From IMG/VR virus record IMGVR_UViG_3300028832_000117, positions 34,312 through 98,311 of that record: a stretch of DNA of 64,000 nucleotides. One strand, given 5' to 3'. Shown piece after piece: positions 45,301-51,460 of this stretch. Made by a program: the position numbers and the translations under genes. The first letter of the stretch is position 1; every line of letters starts with the position of its first letter. Under the pieces are notes generated by a model that saw nothing but the letters and a program-made list of their open reading frames with translations, searched no databases and was not told where the DNA came from. Source of the DNA: a virus. Lineage: Duplodnaviria > Caudoviricetes.

Positions 45301-45889
45301 TGTAGAGACGGGTCTTGACGAGCTCGTCATCCGTGACCGCTTCACCGTCCTGCAGCTTCCTGAGCGTATCGGATACGGTCACGGCGTCTGCGATCGACCC
45401 TCCGACGGATGCGATCATGCCGACAAAGGGGAGGTCCCCCCACTCGAAGTCGGTTATGGCCTCCAGGAATCCGCGCTTCTTCCCTTGGCGGTTCTTGGTG
45501 GCGATCTCGAGCAGCTGACGTCCTGCTTCAGACGCCTGAAGCTGGTCGCGCGACATGGCACGACCGAAGACGTTAAGACCAGCGATATAGTCCGAAGACG
45601 CCGAAAGTCCGTTCTGCTTGGCCCAGCCTGCCGTCTTGGTGCCGAAGGCATCCGGATCCAGAAGCATCGGATCCTGGGAACGCACAAACCCCGGGACCAA
45701 ATCCGTAGAGGGGGTATCAGCGTAATTTATCTGCCTGCGCTGGAAAGGGGTGCGCGTGTCGACGACCGGCTGACCCGCCAGGTCCGCAACCGCGTTCGGC
45801 GTGCGCATGTACATGTCATAGGCGGACAACGTACGGTTGGCCTCCGCCAACGGATCGTACTGTGTCGTAAAAAGGTTTGTATCTGCCAT
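27347..45889 (-). CDS. Giant (~6,180 aa) polyvalent virion protein with putative two-barrel RNA polymerase and zincin domains
   Basis: Unbroken 18.5-kb ORF; RBS GGAG before ATG 45889; PRTP (~36760), GCDHDGDK (36584-36607), HEYFH (33146-33160). Confidence 0.8.
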   Translation of the reverse strand: MADTNLFTTQYDPLAEANRTLSAYDMYMRTPNAVADLAGQPVVDTRTPFQRRQINYADTPSTDLVPGFVRSQDPMLLDPDAFGTKTAGWAKQNGLSASSDYIAGLNVFGRAMSRDQLQASEAGRQLLEIATKNRQGKKRGFLEAITDFEWGDLPFVGMIASVGGSIADAVTVSDTLRKLQDGEAVTDDELVKTRLYMAKQERDAEGSWGATVGSIVRAAPGFMVEMWASGGLAAAGRGAAVAATEGGIHLGLTRGTKILAREAVEDLTEKALAKQGAKSLADFAASAEGKAVTKSVATQLFGYMKSADAAHMYKGFSDDALQAMAENRAKYEMEKLVARRGGTALSNGFSTFTQWAGSHISRGLMDYGSWGTEEATKLFTRHSTAGRALADAMGVFTIEAPVKGAVLMLPKATVTEAVVAPLAGQDGRVVTDSQLALQTSALMTGNRALMENAESIATGINLLEYISENTGAGFKSLLAAGGIGLERLGMKGLVRPLATAISPTGTALPVDGADAYTIGGRLRKFMLDRFGTRDTFRKRMVGQEAQLVAERLGMTDAAGMSAVRQAVMSGNVSGLSAEARAQIGSDFAKFVRETVDQAYDRGQKDLLYKTHARYTVAKWMAEHQVGPETVMNVFNQMGYDGILGEMFEERYSDFAKGLFGLDDKAEHSFGANLKEAIKGLYPGWDQLTAEAVGFAFPMATRGLAMRAMSAIGGGGRLEELRARLGVIDDAMRHSTVGEMTYSEAQSAFEYARRQDENEVANLTSRLEAARAANDNVAVEALTKELATRQDVARRRAERQAKFFESVDEAAKSTAGALIAVPLDTYGTLSSEGLADRAPVLTEAEARQTLDAQKALGDFASSLARQLVEGQLPLEGESESGFRKVARRLIGIAGSIVTGDFSLAAYNPASWTARDMGLSRQVVDSLREGFRKELTTVRKEMPDNASTKDVLDETQRRFDLRARQIMASNLAIHQLRSFSDGRLREEAAAQWAATHVDEDGRSWNYTVDTEGRPMFYKLSEDGRSVDESSATSLEEMFRQHGDEIDKVKSDILKATVDVMTRRLTGSDAGRNTVLSAMTLSPGSDMLDVALYDAAMHMIGAQDLLYRVTLDGQTPLRAVMEARSVARVSDNVIDYIAAQARFDDVDKVAFESVAQSLRLRFDGTEEGLKARNEKIFRLAKLMRLNRKEGTLFFSKEILAEDADELRMSANGTSTLTAVRQDDGSYAVDFGAKKNAPKERDVRTFTDIEALRTAMAADGYLQDEAHTVLTQAKVIESSDMFWMIRELGLAKEYYERLGDRRSAQTHPMLRRGEDGGFLDQREAEAILAKELAAAMRGKTAAPGSVDRRMYDNLFGENGYMTVGEELLAERGIHKDALRPYTGEFHDYAPSRYTLLMSAGRISPKSADTYVTVDPSVNSDITSGVVNAILMNAYASNGRLLRDSLGNVISDFVADARRIAQAAIVRAQKDGDHELAEQLTWFVRICCDDVDRVVRRNGKTVVSRGTGLSSAGFTTLANAFGLFRATDDATNPMLRALATIAPEVWQSPSFLAFEGLLNTTLGGNALDAAIWEAKPGAKDMYDPSLTGVPQVMALATANVNALRNAVQASLPAGMGYEQFLDAVIQQLTAQSKTGRPAITEEEQAELRARARAAASAHADASQHFSFLGGLISTMKAAVDRKLTVSTSVADFLGEVLNAVANDPNATDAQRTAATKQLGYLRQRSVDASSETAYTQKVDELASVQEKLRASEAKVAELRQKLIDVERRAMAGEPVSDADRQAGQVELADATAELQGFLADFDRVREEATGMPTPPGLHALDLGGTTVEERDTVSEVATELEDDGDATIAHDPNGADVPEAFAREASKREDGFTARWGRPADDGGRRLTPRQAKLAAGLVVRSMVDDIDESSFLARLSQLLPHLIEGERQDILAGFRDLDAARLAAGRDWASVAVVGESFGFEEDEKSDEDRSSENFNERALAEYNSDALTDFTALLRRVAVETNGSIMGFVDVMRGRVRGWDATAPAYELLNGLLNPQLQPGLKSLAQADARHKDVLKRFSGADIPETVDALVKVDPQAAFLVVYLSGLPDNARTRFAGLCSGSVATTPVHSVDGLMSEKSSTPDGKISDTLIGDAFDSLLGKSSHQLQKIAKALRDASKGDTSVSAYRKGDDSLETLRENAAKVAELLAESFGRNNPLYIALTSHVAHRAWARAGREMRRSLLESVSRTERGIDALNTIASAVESLASRGRELTRTDIESTFVAAFMMGGFDNTGLLRAPSRIDITDPLMSFLNEFEAAMPRTMMRSEIDSSREQTASTVVVAPRGMVPLLSRWLYQEGEGSFTEICRQAWPDVTDELLAECRQDGTWPDDARTPVCAKCISSSLTPTEVYDACDLAFQAAPGKTSWVPLYSGDHSSFTMIQVPPAVRFGAKDYEVFAKAAYKAVGMDLMFTDTKRSAISSLEAQGTGLVGVDAQGNYGEHRVHILHNWNYDDPKYVFRTATREADKNAAFLGSTFMFGYGADAIGNMSADPESNTKKVHIVGGAGRDLFFIKSLTVSQGNRRGSFREGSAPRAVFDYAEKFRGSDTLSTDTFTDDDSYKIGPGNSKGLRVVNGGKDSTVMSYVFGRLVQSLVESGELPAQYDRDQLAKAFKKYNKMTGDELDAAIGPLTVKDNARGVTSEMKLSEIMPGAMVNVFEGWSGPSLDLSYREDSAMAYTVANVAHRSNVPAEPGRSPRNYEIDALAMVRTLADGGWLTAPQAADGFKRLLANWGILASATYTHPGFRKALVRMNDTLADLIRNGEFVTSDGTFSGQFAVEEMTRQMMAKTRQAANLPLQGIDAPLVAAGASLDATGQLIVHTTSRMEAAMLKGSELFSDEERAFYGTNRRLALCNVNVSNNGFRYGWFLAKDAEAKNPNAYVMARATDRAGKNPARLHAVAIAWAAQQVRDLTRRVDENPQDQQAVDGLKTARKSFASMFVDHHGTSIADYGDRYLSTYSVEDLFVSADDSESFDYSAVQCEGQDLVYNDATGEEHVFLGGTMFGLPRTPSYNGSMWLQTVRAGLPVTEREIEDAPQGTRAWLPGEDAMVSPDPYTNAILGCDHDGDKAKLYMFSVNAKGAVRYANLPECPRNEKDPRRTYLAQCATDGYLERLRISDTGDETVVDIADDTPDTYLRISNIARKRVSNSFVRSLFTLARQLPVDGVVEDRYTVRSVRRPAPGATDNAPRAKFIDGIASSPTKAFPTGSKKALLKEGLPEVIRPDGSNGTLGDPRLAMAIATSAMDAGDARGVMVSLARTLHMAWALGSFSGDFERNTDLASLLGPISGQQWLRFMYHVDGLSNATFDDIKEQVCGRLGWTRGMMDSVITELIMYPERLPVTDIQFEEILKSYASNIRRHGPRYWMLRNSSRDDGEIHDLITHSFLLGDRWSKSAFMESVGVEEVRDGDRRVLETVPSDTKTLGAIVGKAICDNGGITLLDMLTRDSGRNSAMGLLYSAVVHGLHGVEGLNAMEARKVGDLSAWRLKMGTVLKDDQVEKVRKAMSLAFEGMKVAQWTARRSLLTRARSIEQSLNYLTADPGAPNAQATAQRIGETYTNFRKALAGKPSLSGAVSAADLSRMHNATMWMYEVGQDLATVAARAVRAAQNREVLLDRANAFYADNREVVGRLLAKDTIGAYDLLRLQYNQQQVPYLAAFFSGLVDDVLAGIPMAKGERLSGTMVYGLMKSMAGRIQEAQAASGPASGLDVEVAKARRAFVMAKPGPEKIKAQTQLNQLLIRQRQQTQVTGSRNFTPAPIAARLAVESLMSIAYELMVTSTEFASDEMNRAAVFVRSAPDTAFTGGKTDYGAAAAELRRLAPAFRANDQMSLDKVREMFDRVIRGQAFAGKRFVATSKGRLDGGSFVLSRAALLRYVGEFSKTSPKTLEDIKRVPMDKRRLQTIERAWQALGDEEVTPAVLFGALLPAYTLMTSRMAGAPSAASTSLLSCLPSAYYSALSSGEATLRRISEQAPCLPLMVGTNWETETYRPNAEDKVVPQDSYDIADQPADDQTRNKLRGGAGRREYRRNPGNRNLVDVFDPAFEAALGVVRSSVPVAPAQPREAREAHGKYDKDVAKIALAFGSLLGSWASVEYNGGTVFTIRGNLRGDAGTGKAVSIVVDVSANPLLESNDDVERLADSVAYATSLTAAVDLGISASQFMSLPRDVRRALVRKYGLGGATSSQVAWSVNAKGLATLAGRISLSTASGTKAYHEYFHSMMRMFESFGLFGEEDYRQLAATFGEDPSGRHRFNEERAAESFRKWVEGNTDHAADEVRGVFRRILDFLKGLLAALKQGFSYGDRGGEETLFRMMVHGIAQPSSARLSEAQLESASAAGAIRREFAMARTPKTPRSALEANAAKQVVGVAPRAARLDYEEQPEAATALTEDIEKRSAQLAGKIVKMIEDPESNAASLAIRLQRLAGVRAEMAQLLGLPVPEEKAVEGWDFTVEPPRDGVAEEISKVVSPLVSNNLFYRTSASIQAALEHGLRESGAWDGPLEYVVSRYSANDASSGTDAGLRRQAVLHGLRKALAAVNPEAAKSLSNKEIMGSLAYRAALVMHQYIESGFTNDRRSNTASGKAARHASQYQVSAWVLSTNPTAPSEMVTSARDRVAELYNASPSGASKAELKMILGQLDAIYDIVGDPTRMSQFRRDQGMTAFNDVIGTLRAGTKDGGLDEFGNMKDIMPVDVVNPEGDLTDPDNIGTANPKAAEHLRSFLQSHQDPAVQEALKLALTTAYQVAAMAKYYGELDVHPALAGDIAEAKRLARLNGIPENMTSAEFLGEHLVGDSNLVDNPAYVDYQCQSHFIAQNVDAWLRSMVRTDFGAHDGLGQMMSDEHFEYKGLVSAITQRENWIAHMLGVSLEPGGKLLEVIRQKGEYRMEDGEVVRRDGKEYVRFDNYGRKATSVKMDEDDIRRVDMWLKMCSAHANGQRHLVTGVDALTFYRQMSRDAGDYSVEKVVAKRENNERMNPIEWAVWRLTRQVPADLLPAVHRRLVGNMLTAMAKADQMWDRGTPLHEGWTSPAVYDAATYDSYVIGELVRQGVVVGHNPGEARHKGGLPRYENAAVLIPCDEVDANFRGSTTYRKLVDAGRSEEWLDRKFIVDEFMGVWNDAVKFVKRHPWLTHGDGQYFHAFGTALPFWRGSGMFMYNAVRTDRQHRITLSDKMSEAEALVERVTASADAEKPLSRMDPGTIMDDVDSLARFYGIDHRAGRFLQDILDGAYEPGAKASYDSGLVLSADATYGDIAKAIYNRARELVWMSRTGYAGKGHVDLEGIIARYEDTKLQRGEVFGGSMGFRDTDMFRMHGTLPANFQIGHKVHKCIDGITNAMMSRATLANLLLTPEGATGRPVYYADPNVLAAEASGLPDSFWGNLAEWWQAMNPEVGQVYDPARSGVDNARAMYEAIRQKHQIEGKPRKAQIGELGYTELPGDDSQLVSVDRWMVLDGSGEDYMNATAGGEAMGYLKHYLDAGKTLGIGGAATRAAIQRALSYSKSLSVSFSFFFPMATRWESPMGAVGAMSTIGSNWKWVGDWMKEHPDLANKVRGMFGGKAWITHDYIGMKDIVRMMDSNDPFLAEMYSWAAALGISVSTSVTNPMEPDKTVLLKDVKRMKEAIRHSMGAAAAGKFARMMDALLVRQGDKAFNYVLNATKLAVVAQMCMKLRHAAKAAGKAFDPVRDLRRYSRYINAEIGGIDPMQFAWAHPKARALMNSMLFSWQWTVGAWQAGGGSVITDMLSGGHTMSRKEREYFAGRWMRMFLGVMIGVPALFQVVTLALAKALGGSGDDDDRWGTWENEDKTRWTAFDLTPLLKAIARFDETKLGGLARSFKEGGRPLATSLGAIAGGLVGLAGGGNRLTAAIGAAVGAGTGALTPSIVPLYTGRDPANRTTKARHYYMHFGKQGWEFFRWFDDAWAQFNSKLSMPLQRVLEGVVGRSLGYIERSLPWEEQGQFERWLSPTTDSALFNLAEAFLPFSVGGMHRNGDAGALPIFGPVQMGASQTAVQKRLVKALTAWANNDRAGYAYGGFTVKGRKSKRPVNPVADILHDAETNGFDPQQQLNTACGQVLPRLYGRLFELLPEKPGDDYDVREVAKVVRAINRLGTRKVDAVRSLKDKLKAQRKGITDSEMTQVTEAAREGFRDPFGIRKGYDY

Positions 45890-45922
45890 ACAGGTTGCTC
45901 CCTTGAAGACCGGTTGCCACAT

Positions 45923-45952
45923 ATTATAGCATAAAACCGATCCTCAAGGCAA
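45923..45952 (-). promoter_or_regulatory. Promoter of the giant gene
   Basis: TTGCCT-18 bp-TATAAT, TATGC before the -10. Confidence 0.75.
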
Positions 45953-45965
45953 CATGTACGGTAGA

Positions 45966-48900
45966 CTATTCACTAGCCTGGGCCATGGCCCTCATCCTGG
46001 CTTCGTAGTCGATCAGGCTGAACTTCTCGGCCAAGGTCAGCTGCCTGGCGTACTCCTTCTGAAGCCGAGCGCTGTCCTGCAGGATGTCCAGGATGGACAG
46101 CCCCGGATTCGCCTGCAATGTCTCGTTGATCTGATCCAGGGTGTACGTGCCGACCTTCACAGCCTTGTCCACCTTCGGGGTGCCATCCGGGTTGTACACT
46201 GGCTTGCCGTCCTTGTCAAACACAGGCCTTGTGTCGACCGTATACAGCTCCTGCCTCTGCATCTGACTCCGAGCCCAGTCGTAGGCTGCCGCCCACCCGT
46301 CCTGGTCGTACTTGCGCTCCAGCTCCATCATGGCGTTCGCCTGCAGCGCCGCAGCAAGGTTCTTGTCCTGGACGCGGGCGTTGATACGGGTCGCCAAGTC
46401 TTTTCCTATGGCATTCAGGCCCTCATCGCGGGACAATGTGCTGCGGAGCAGACCGTCAGCTGCCCGGCGCAACGCCGCCCGGGGGTCGACTTCGATCCCA
46501 TCTACAGGACCACGCAAGCTCGACTCTGCCGGAACAGGGTCGAGTGGAGGCTCCGGACGGGTACGAATGTCCCAGACGCTGAATATCTGACCATAATTCT
46601 GGGAGGTGACCTTCTTCCCGACATCGGCGGGCCACCTGTACCCAAACACCGTCGCCGGAGAACTCGTGGCGCCACTGCTCAAGTCGATGCCGACTTTCTG
46701 GCCAAGGGTCGCCCTCATCTGCTGATAGGCTTTAGACGCGGCCTCGTCGTTCAGATCGACCGCCGTCTGGCGAGTTCCTGTGATTCCTGCCGTCCCTATC
46801 TGGGCAGTAGTCGTAGTCAACGGGGTACCTAACTGGTCCAACAACGACGCCGTAGACGCCGACACACCTTGCCATGTACCTCGATTCATCATCTCGGCGG
46901 ATAGACGGGTAAACATCTCTACCGCCCACGCCTTGGCGCTCTCAGACTGCCCCGAAAACGACGGCTGAGTGAGCATCTGAGCCAAACCGTCTACAGCTCG
47001 TGCGGCCCGGCCCGTCAGATCCGTGTCTCCCGCAGTCCAGCCAAACGCCTTGTCCGTCCCTTCCAGGAACTCGAACAAGTCCCCTCGAGCAATGAATTCC
47101 TGCGTAGCTGGCGGCAACTGCATCCCCGCCGCCTCCAGATTCGAAAGGTAGATCTTTCCGGCTGAAGGACGAAGGCGTCGCGTATCCGCCGCTCCATAAT
47201 GCTTCCGTTGGATCTCGTCCTGAACCTGCAGCAACTGCTGGGAGAACTCTTGCACCGCGTCGGCCTCCGGTCGTCCTGCGAGTTGGGAAGAAGTACCGTC
47301 CGCGAACTTCTGCAATGCCGTACGGGCGCGCGCAAAGGCGGGGCCGGCAGCGTTGCGAAGACGGTCCGGGTCTGTCCCCATAAGTCCAGGATCGGCATCC
47401 GGTGCGACATTACCTTCGGTTTCCGCACCGGTCCTCGGATCGACGTACGACGTAGGCGGCGTCAGCTCCACCGCCCCGGTCTGGGGGTTCTGCGCAAGGC
47501 GTCCGCCTATGTCGAGGAGCATCAGCTGCAGGCTCTGGCCCTGCCCGGTCGTCATCGACTCGACGAACCTGCCTGCCATCTCCTGAGCCAGGGACCAGTC
47601 TATGGGCAGGCCCTTTTCGGACGCGTAGTCGTCCAACGCGGACGTTATGTCGTTCTGCATCCTCTGCACGAATTCGGGGGACAGACGCCCCTCACCGTCC
47701 GCCCACATCCCGTCGACCAGCTCCGGACGGAACGACAGATAGGACTTGCCGACCGCCTTGACTATCGTCTTCTCGAGGTCCCCGAGCCGCATGCCGCTTG
47801 ACGCGGATGCCCCGTTCGTGTAGCCGAGGGCCGTCCTGGCCCTATCGACCACATTCGACAGCTGGTCCAACGCCCTGTGGCTTCCGTCGGGCGTCGTGAA
47901 CGTGCTGTCGAGCCCCGCTGCGGTGGCCGCCGCAACGGCATTGGACAGCCCGTAGTCGGCCAGCTTGACCCCCAACTCCGTCTCCAATTCATGAGCCTTG
48001 GCGAGCCTCTTGCCCGCCGCGTTCTCGATGACGTCCGTGGACGCCTGCACGTTCTGTCCGTTCAGCATGTCGGAGACGGCGAGGCTCGTGTCCAGCACCT
48101 GGTATCCGTCTATGTCGGAGGTGTTGACCTGGACAGCCTGGACCTTGCCCGGATTCTTCGGATCCGGGACCAGCAGCGTGTCCTTCGGCATGTTGCGGTC
48201 CAATGCCGACTTGCGCGACTGGAACCATCTCGAGGAGCTGAACGTCGGGTCCTGCATGTCACGCTGGTACTGGCGCATCAGCGTATCGACCTGCGACGAC
48301 GCGAGGTCGCCGCCGAAATACCGGTAGGCCTGCTTGTAGAAGTCGGTCATGACCTTGGGATCGACGCCTTCCCACTGCCCGCGGTTGTCGACCAGATGCT
48401 CGGAGTAAAGCCGCATGGCCGACTGCGCCTGGGCCGCCTTCGACTTCCCGTCCAGCCTCGTCGCCTGGGCGGTCTGCAGCTCCACCCCCGAAGCGTAGTC
48501 CCTCTGCATGTCGGAAAAGACGAAGTGGAACGGGTTCTCCCGGTCCGAAAGGATCGTTGCCGCATCCAACGACACGCCATGCTCCTTGACGATCGTCTCC
48601 GCCGTGGCGGCCTTGGCCTCCGGGGAGGAGTTAAGGAAGAAATCGCGAAGCGTCATGACGCCCTGTCCGGTAGAACTGGCTATCGAGTTGCTGTCCAGGT
48701 ACCCGCCGTACAGCACCGCCTCCGCCTGGGAGGCCATCTTCCTGCCGAACTCACCGCCAAGGTCGCCGTTCTGCGTCCACGCCACCAAGGCGCTGCGGTA
48801 CTGGTCGGCGTAGCCGCTTATCTTGTCGCGGATGCCCTGCGCCTCCTGGATCTTCCCCCTGGACGCCAGGGACTTCATCTCGGCGACGTCCTCGATGAAC

Positions 48901-49112
48901 CCCTGTGCGAGATAGTTGGGCAGAAACGTCGAAGGGTCGCCGGCCTGGCGCTTATACACCCTGGCCTGTGCAGCCTCCCTGGCCTCCTGGTCCATCTTGG
49001 CAAGTACAGGTGACTTGGCCGGACTGACCGACTGATCCGTCTCGTATCGATTGCCCCCGTAGGTATACGAGGGCTGGTACTGGGTCAACCTGTAATCAAA
49101 GTCAAACGCCAT
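45966..49112 (-). CDS. Putative internal virion (ejection) protein, 1048 aa
   Basis: Ala/Gln-rich helical protein between the tail gene and the giant gene; RBS GGAGG. Confidence 0.65.
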   Translation of the reverse strand: MAFDFDYRLTQYQPSYTYGGNRYETDQSVSPAKSPVLAKMDQEAREAAQARVYKRQAGDPSTFLPNYLAQGFIEDVAEMKSLASRGKIQEAQGIRDKISGYADQYRSALVAWTQNGDLGGEFGRKMASQAEAVLYGGYLDSNSIASSTGQGVMTLRDFFLNSSPEAKAATAETIVKEHGVSLDAATILSDRENPFHFVFSDMQRDYASGVELQTAQATRLDGKSKAAQAQSAMRLYSEHLVDNRGQWEGVDPKVMTDFYKQAYRYFGGDLASSQVDTLMRQYQRDMQDPTFSSSRWFQSRKSALDRNMPKDTLLVPDPKNPGKVQAVQVNTSDIDGYQVLDTSLAVSDMLNGQNVQASTDVIENAAGKRLAKAHELETELGVKLADYGLSNAVAAATAAGLDSTFTTPDGSHRALDQLSNVVDRARTALGYTNGASASSGMRLGDLEKTIVKAVGKSYLSFRPELVDGMWADGEGRLSPEFVQRMQNDITSALDDYASEKGLPIDWSLAQEMAGRFVESMTTGQGQSLQLMLLDIGGRLAQNPQTGAVELTPPTSYVDPRTGAETEGNVAPDADPGLMGTDPDRLRNAAGPAFARARTALQKFADGTSSQLAGRPEADAVQEFSQQLLQVQDEIQRKHYGAADTRRLRPSAGKIYLSNLEAAGMQLPPATQEFIARGDLFEFLEGTDKAFGWTAGDTDLTGRAARAVDGLAQMLTQPSFSGQSESAKAWAVEMFTRLSAEMMNRGTWQGVSASTASLLDQLGTPLTTTTAQIGTAGITGTRQTAVDLNDEAASKAYQQMRATLGQKVGIDLSSGATSSPATVFGYRWPADVGKKVTSQNYGQIFSVWDIRTRPEPPLDPVPAESSLRGPVDGIEVDPRAALRRAADGLLRSTLSRDEGLNAIGKDLATRINARVQDKNLAAALQANAMMELERKYDQDGWAAAYDWARSQMQRQELYTVDTRPVFDKDGKPVYNPDGTPKVDKAVKVGTYTLDQINETLQANPGLSILDILQDSARLQKEYARQLTLAEKFSLIDYEARMRAMAQASE

Positions 49113-49123
49113 ATGTCAACCTC

Positions 49124-49489
49124 CTACATCCTGTAAAGCGCGGCGCGCGCCTCCACAATCTCGCGGTCATGGCCGCCGGCCATCACCCTGTCGATCTCCG
49201 TACGTGTCATCCCGGACCTCGCAGCCAGTGCGTTCCTCTCCGAATCCTGCCGGGACAGGTTGGCCACGCGGGCGTCCTCCGCAGCGACGCTGACCAACAT
49301 ATCCCAACGGGCATTATCGAACATGCGGGTCATGGCAGCCGCCGTCTCCGGAGCGTCCTTGGCCACATGCATCGCCATCCGGTGCGCCAGGTCGGGGCGG
49401 AGCCTGCCAAGCTGGCCCGTGCGGACCATCCCGTCAAAGCCCTTTACATAAGTCCGGGCTGTCGAATCCATGGACACGCCGGACGTCAT
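49124..49489 (-). CDS. Hypothetical protein
   Basis: ATGA-coupled; RBS GGAGG. Confidence 0.6.
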   Translation of the reverse strand: MTSGVSMDSTARTYVKGFDGMVRTGQLGRLRPDLAHRMAMHVAKDAPETAAAMTRMFDNARWDMLVSVAAEDARVANLSRQDSERNALAARSGMTRTEIDRVMAGGHDREIVEARAALYRM

Positions 49490-50418
49490 ACCACTCCTCC
49501 ACTCGCCTTTATTATGTCATCTACGTCTTTCAACGTTTTATCCCACTCGGCCTTCCGGTTCTTCTCGCGCTGGATCAACTGATTGTTAATCGATGACACC
49601 AGATTATCGCCTGCGCGCCACTTACCGTCGCGGCCGATCCTTTCAATGGTCATACCACTTGTGATCCCGGGCTGCGTAAAGGCTATCGTCACACCAACCT
49701 TGGTCCCGTACATGGCTTCACGCCTACGACGAATGGCTTCGGCTTCAGCCCGGTCGGTGGCGTCCCTCATGCGCAGGCCTTCCTTGTGTTTTTCGATGAG
49801 GCCTTGATTGTTACGCTCCCAGTCCTTCCGCGCAGTGTTTTCGGCAGCGGCTGCATTAGCCTCGTCCTCCGCTTTTGTGATCGCCTGCGTCGCATTCGTC
49901 TCGTCTTTGGCCCCCGTGCCCGTACCTGCCGCTCCCGTCGAACCCGCCACAGGTGGAGTCCCGGCCTTGCCTCCGGCGGATGGTATCACCTCAGGTGACG
50001 GACCGCCTGCCCCGCTTTGGATGCCACGGATCTTCGCCTGCTGCTTCTCAGCTTCCTCCTGCTGACGCTCCTTCTCCTTCTTCCACAGTTCCTCCACGGT
50101 CATGGGTGCCTCCCCGCCGAGGTATGTCTTGACGATACCCTCGTATGCAGCACGCCTGGACTTGGCGATCTTCTCGGCCCTCTTGTACTCGCCGACCACC
50201 TCTTTCCTTATGTTCTTCCCCGCCTCGCGGATCTGATCGATGATCGAAGACGGCGTGCCTGCCGCGCTGGCACTGACGGGAGCGTAGGAAGGGTACTTGC
50301 GCAACACATTCTTCACGTGGCTGGCGCGCTGACCGAAAACGACTCCCGTGTCGCGCAACTTCTGTCCCTGGGCGAGAAATCCGTGTGGATCGTACTGAAA
50401 CGTATTAGCGATTGCCAT
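49486..50418 (-). CDS. Putative internal virion protein
   Basis: Coiled coil with Gly/Ala linker; RBS GGAGG. Confidence 0.55.
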   Translation of the reverse strand: MAIANTFQYDPHGFLAQGQKLRDTGVVFGQRASHVKNVLRKYPSYAPVSASAAGTPSSIIDQIREAGKNIRKEVVGEYKRAEKIAKSRRAAYEGIVKTYLGGEAPMTVEELWKKEKERQQEEAEKQQAKIRGIQSGAGGPSPEVIPSAGGKAGTPPVAGSTGAAGTGTGAKDETNATQAITKAEDEANAAAAENTARKDWERNNQGLIEKHKEGLRMRDATDRAEAEAIRRRREAMYGTKVGVTIAFTQPGITSGMTIERIGRDGKWRAGDNLVSSINNQLIQREKNRKAEWDKTLKDVDDIIKASGGVV

Positions 50419-50428
50419 CGTTTACCTC

Positions 50429-51430
50429 CTAGATATTGTCGGCCTCTTCTGAAATCTCACCCATAGACCCGGAATACACCGAATTGACGACCACCTGGGT
50501 CTGTATGGTGTCGTCGGCTATCTCATGTGCCTTCAACCAGTTCATGGCCTGATTGCGGTAATTCTGCGCCTGCGTGACCTCGCCGGACTTCATCTGCCAG
50601 TCGGCCCGGATCATCCACTCGATCGGCTCGATCGGCGACTCGAACGGAACGACGTCCGTGTCGTTCACGAGCGGAACCGGGTCGATGCGCGTCTCGGCAA
50701 GGACCTCGACGGGCGTGTCCGGCGGGATGCCCGAAATCTCGTACCGGCGGAACTTGGGAACCGGGATCTGGGGGTTGTAGCAGGCTATCTGGTAACGGAC
50801 GGTCTCGTCGGACTCCGCCACCGCGTAGAGCGAAATGTAATCGGTCGCGTTCTCCACGACCACCTGCTCGATCTTGGCGAGCACGGTCGACGCCTCCAGC
50901 TCCGTGCTGTAGTCGGCGTCGAAATCCTCGAACGAATGGACGGCCTTCTCGATGCGCACCATGCGTCCGTCCGGCTTCATGGCCGTGACGACCAGCCTGG
51001 GCGGCTTGAGGCCAGTGACATCCCCGTCGGTGAACGCCAGCAGCTTGAACGTATGGCTGGGTTCAACTATGACGGACGAGACGTCCACATCCACCACGTT
51101 GCAGATCGGAACTGGGACGAACCCCTTCGGCGGACGCTTGAGGTCGCCTGGCCCCGACTGGAGAAATCGAAAGTCCTGGCTGCGCAAAGAGGCCGGACGG
51201 CCGTTCACGCATACCCGAACGATACCCGCGTAGCCCTGCGGGAGAGCGAACACAGGGCCCGCGGAAAGGAACCGGACCGTCCTTCGCATGCACTCCCATC
51301 CGCTCAGGCCCGAGAGCCCCCTTATCGCCTGGTTGATGTCCCAGTTCAGCCTTTCTGGGGTCGGATCCGAGACGTAGGCGCCGGTGGATCCGGCCAGGGC
51401 CTCCCTTACCTGCTTGAGCGTGAAGTACAT
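50429..51430 (-). CDS. Tail tubular/head-tail adaptor-like protein
   Basis: First gene after the capsid gene; INQAI..L..W, ALPQGY..IVRV, FRRY pattern. Confidence 0.55.
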   Translation of the reverse strand: MYFTLKQVREALAGSTGAYVSDPTPERLNWDINQAIRGLSGLSGWECMRRTVRFLSAGPVFALPQGYAGIVRVCVNGRPASLRSQDFRFLQSGPGDLKRPPKGFVPVPICNVVDVDVSSVIVEPSHTFKLLAFTDGDVTGLKPPRLVVTAMKPDGRMVRIEKAVHSFEDFDADYSTELEASTVLAKIEQVVVENATDYISLYAVAESDETVRYQIACYNPQIPVPKFRRYEISGIPPDTPVEVLAETRIDPVPLVNDTDVVPFESPIEPIEWMIRADWQMKSGEVTQAQNYRNQAMNWLKAHEIADDTIQTQVVVNSVYSGSMGEISEEADNI

Positions 51431-51460
51431 GTCTTGACGGTCCTTGGTTTGTTGCGGGAG

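Noticed and set aside
27332-45934. Long + strand ORFs opposite the giant gene (e.g. 41744-45934, 32855-35797)
   Set aside because: Antisense shadows caused by codon bias
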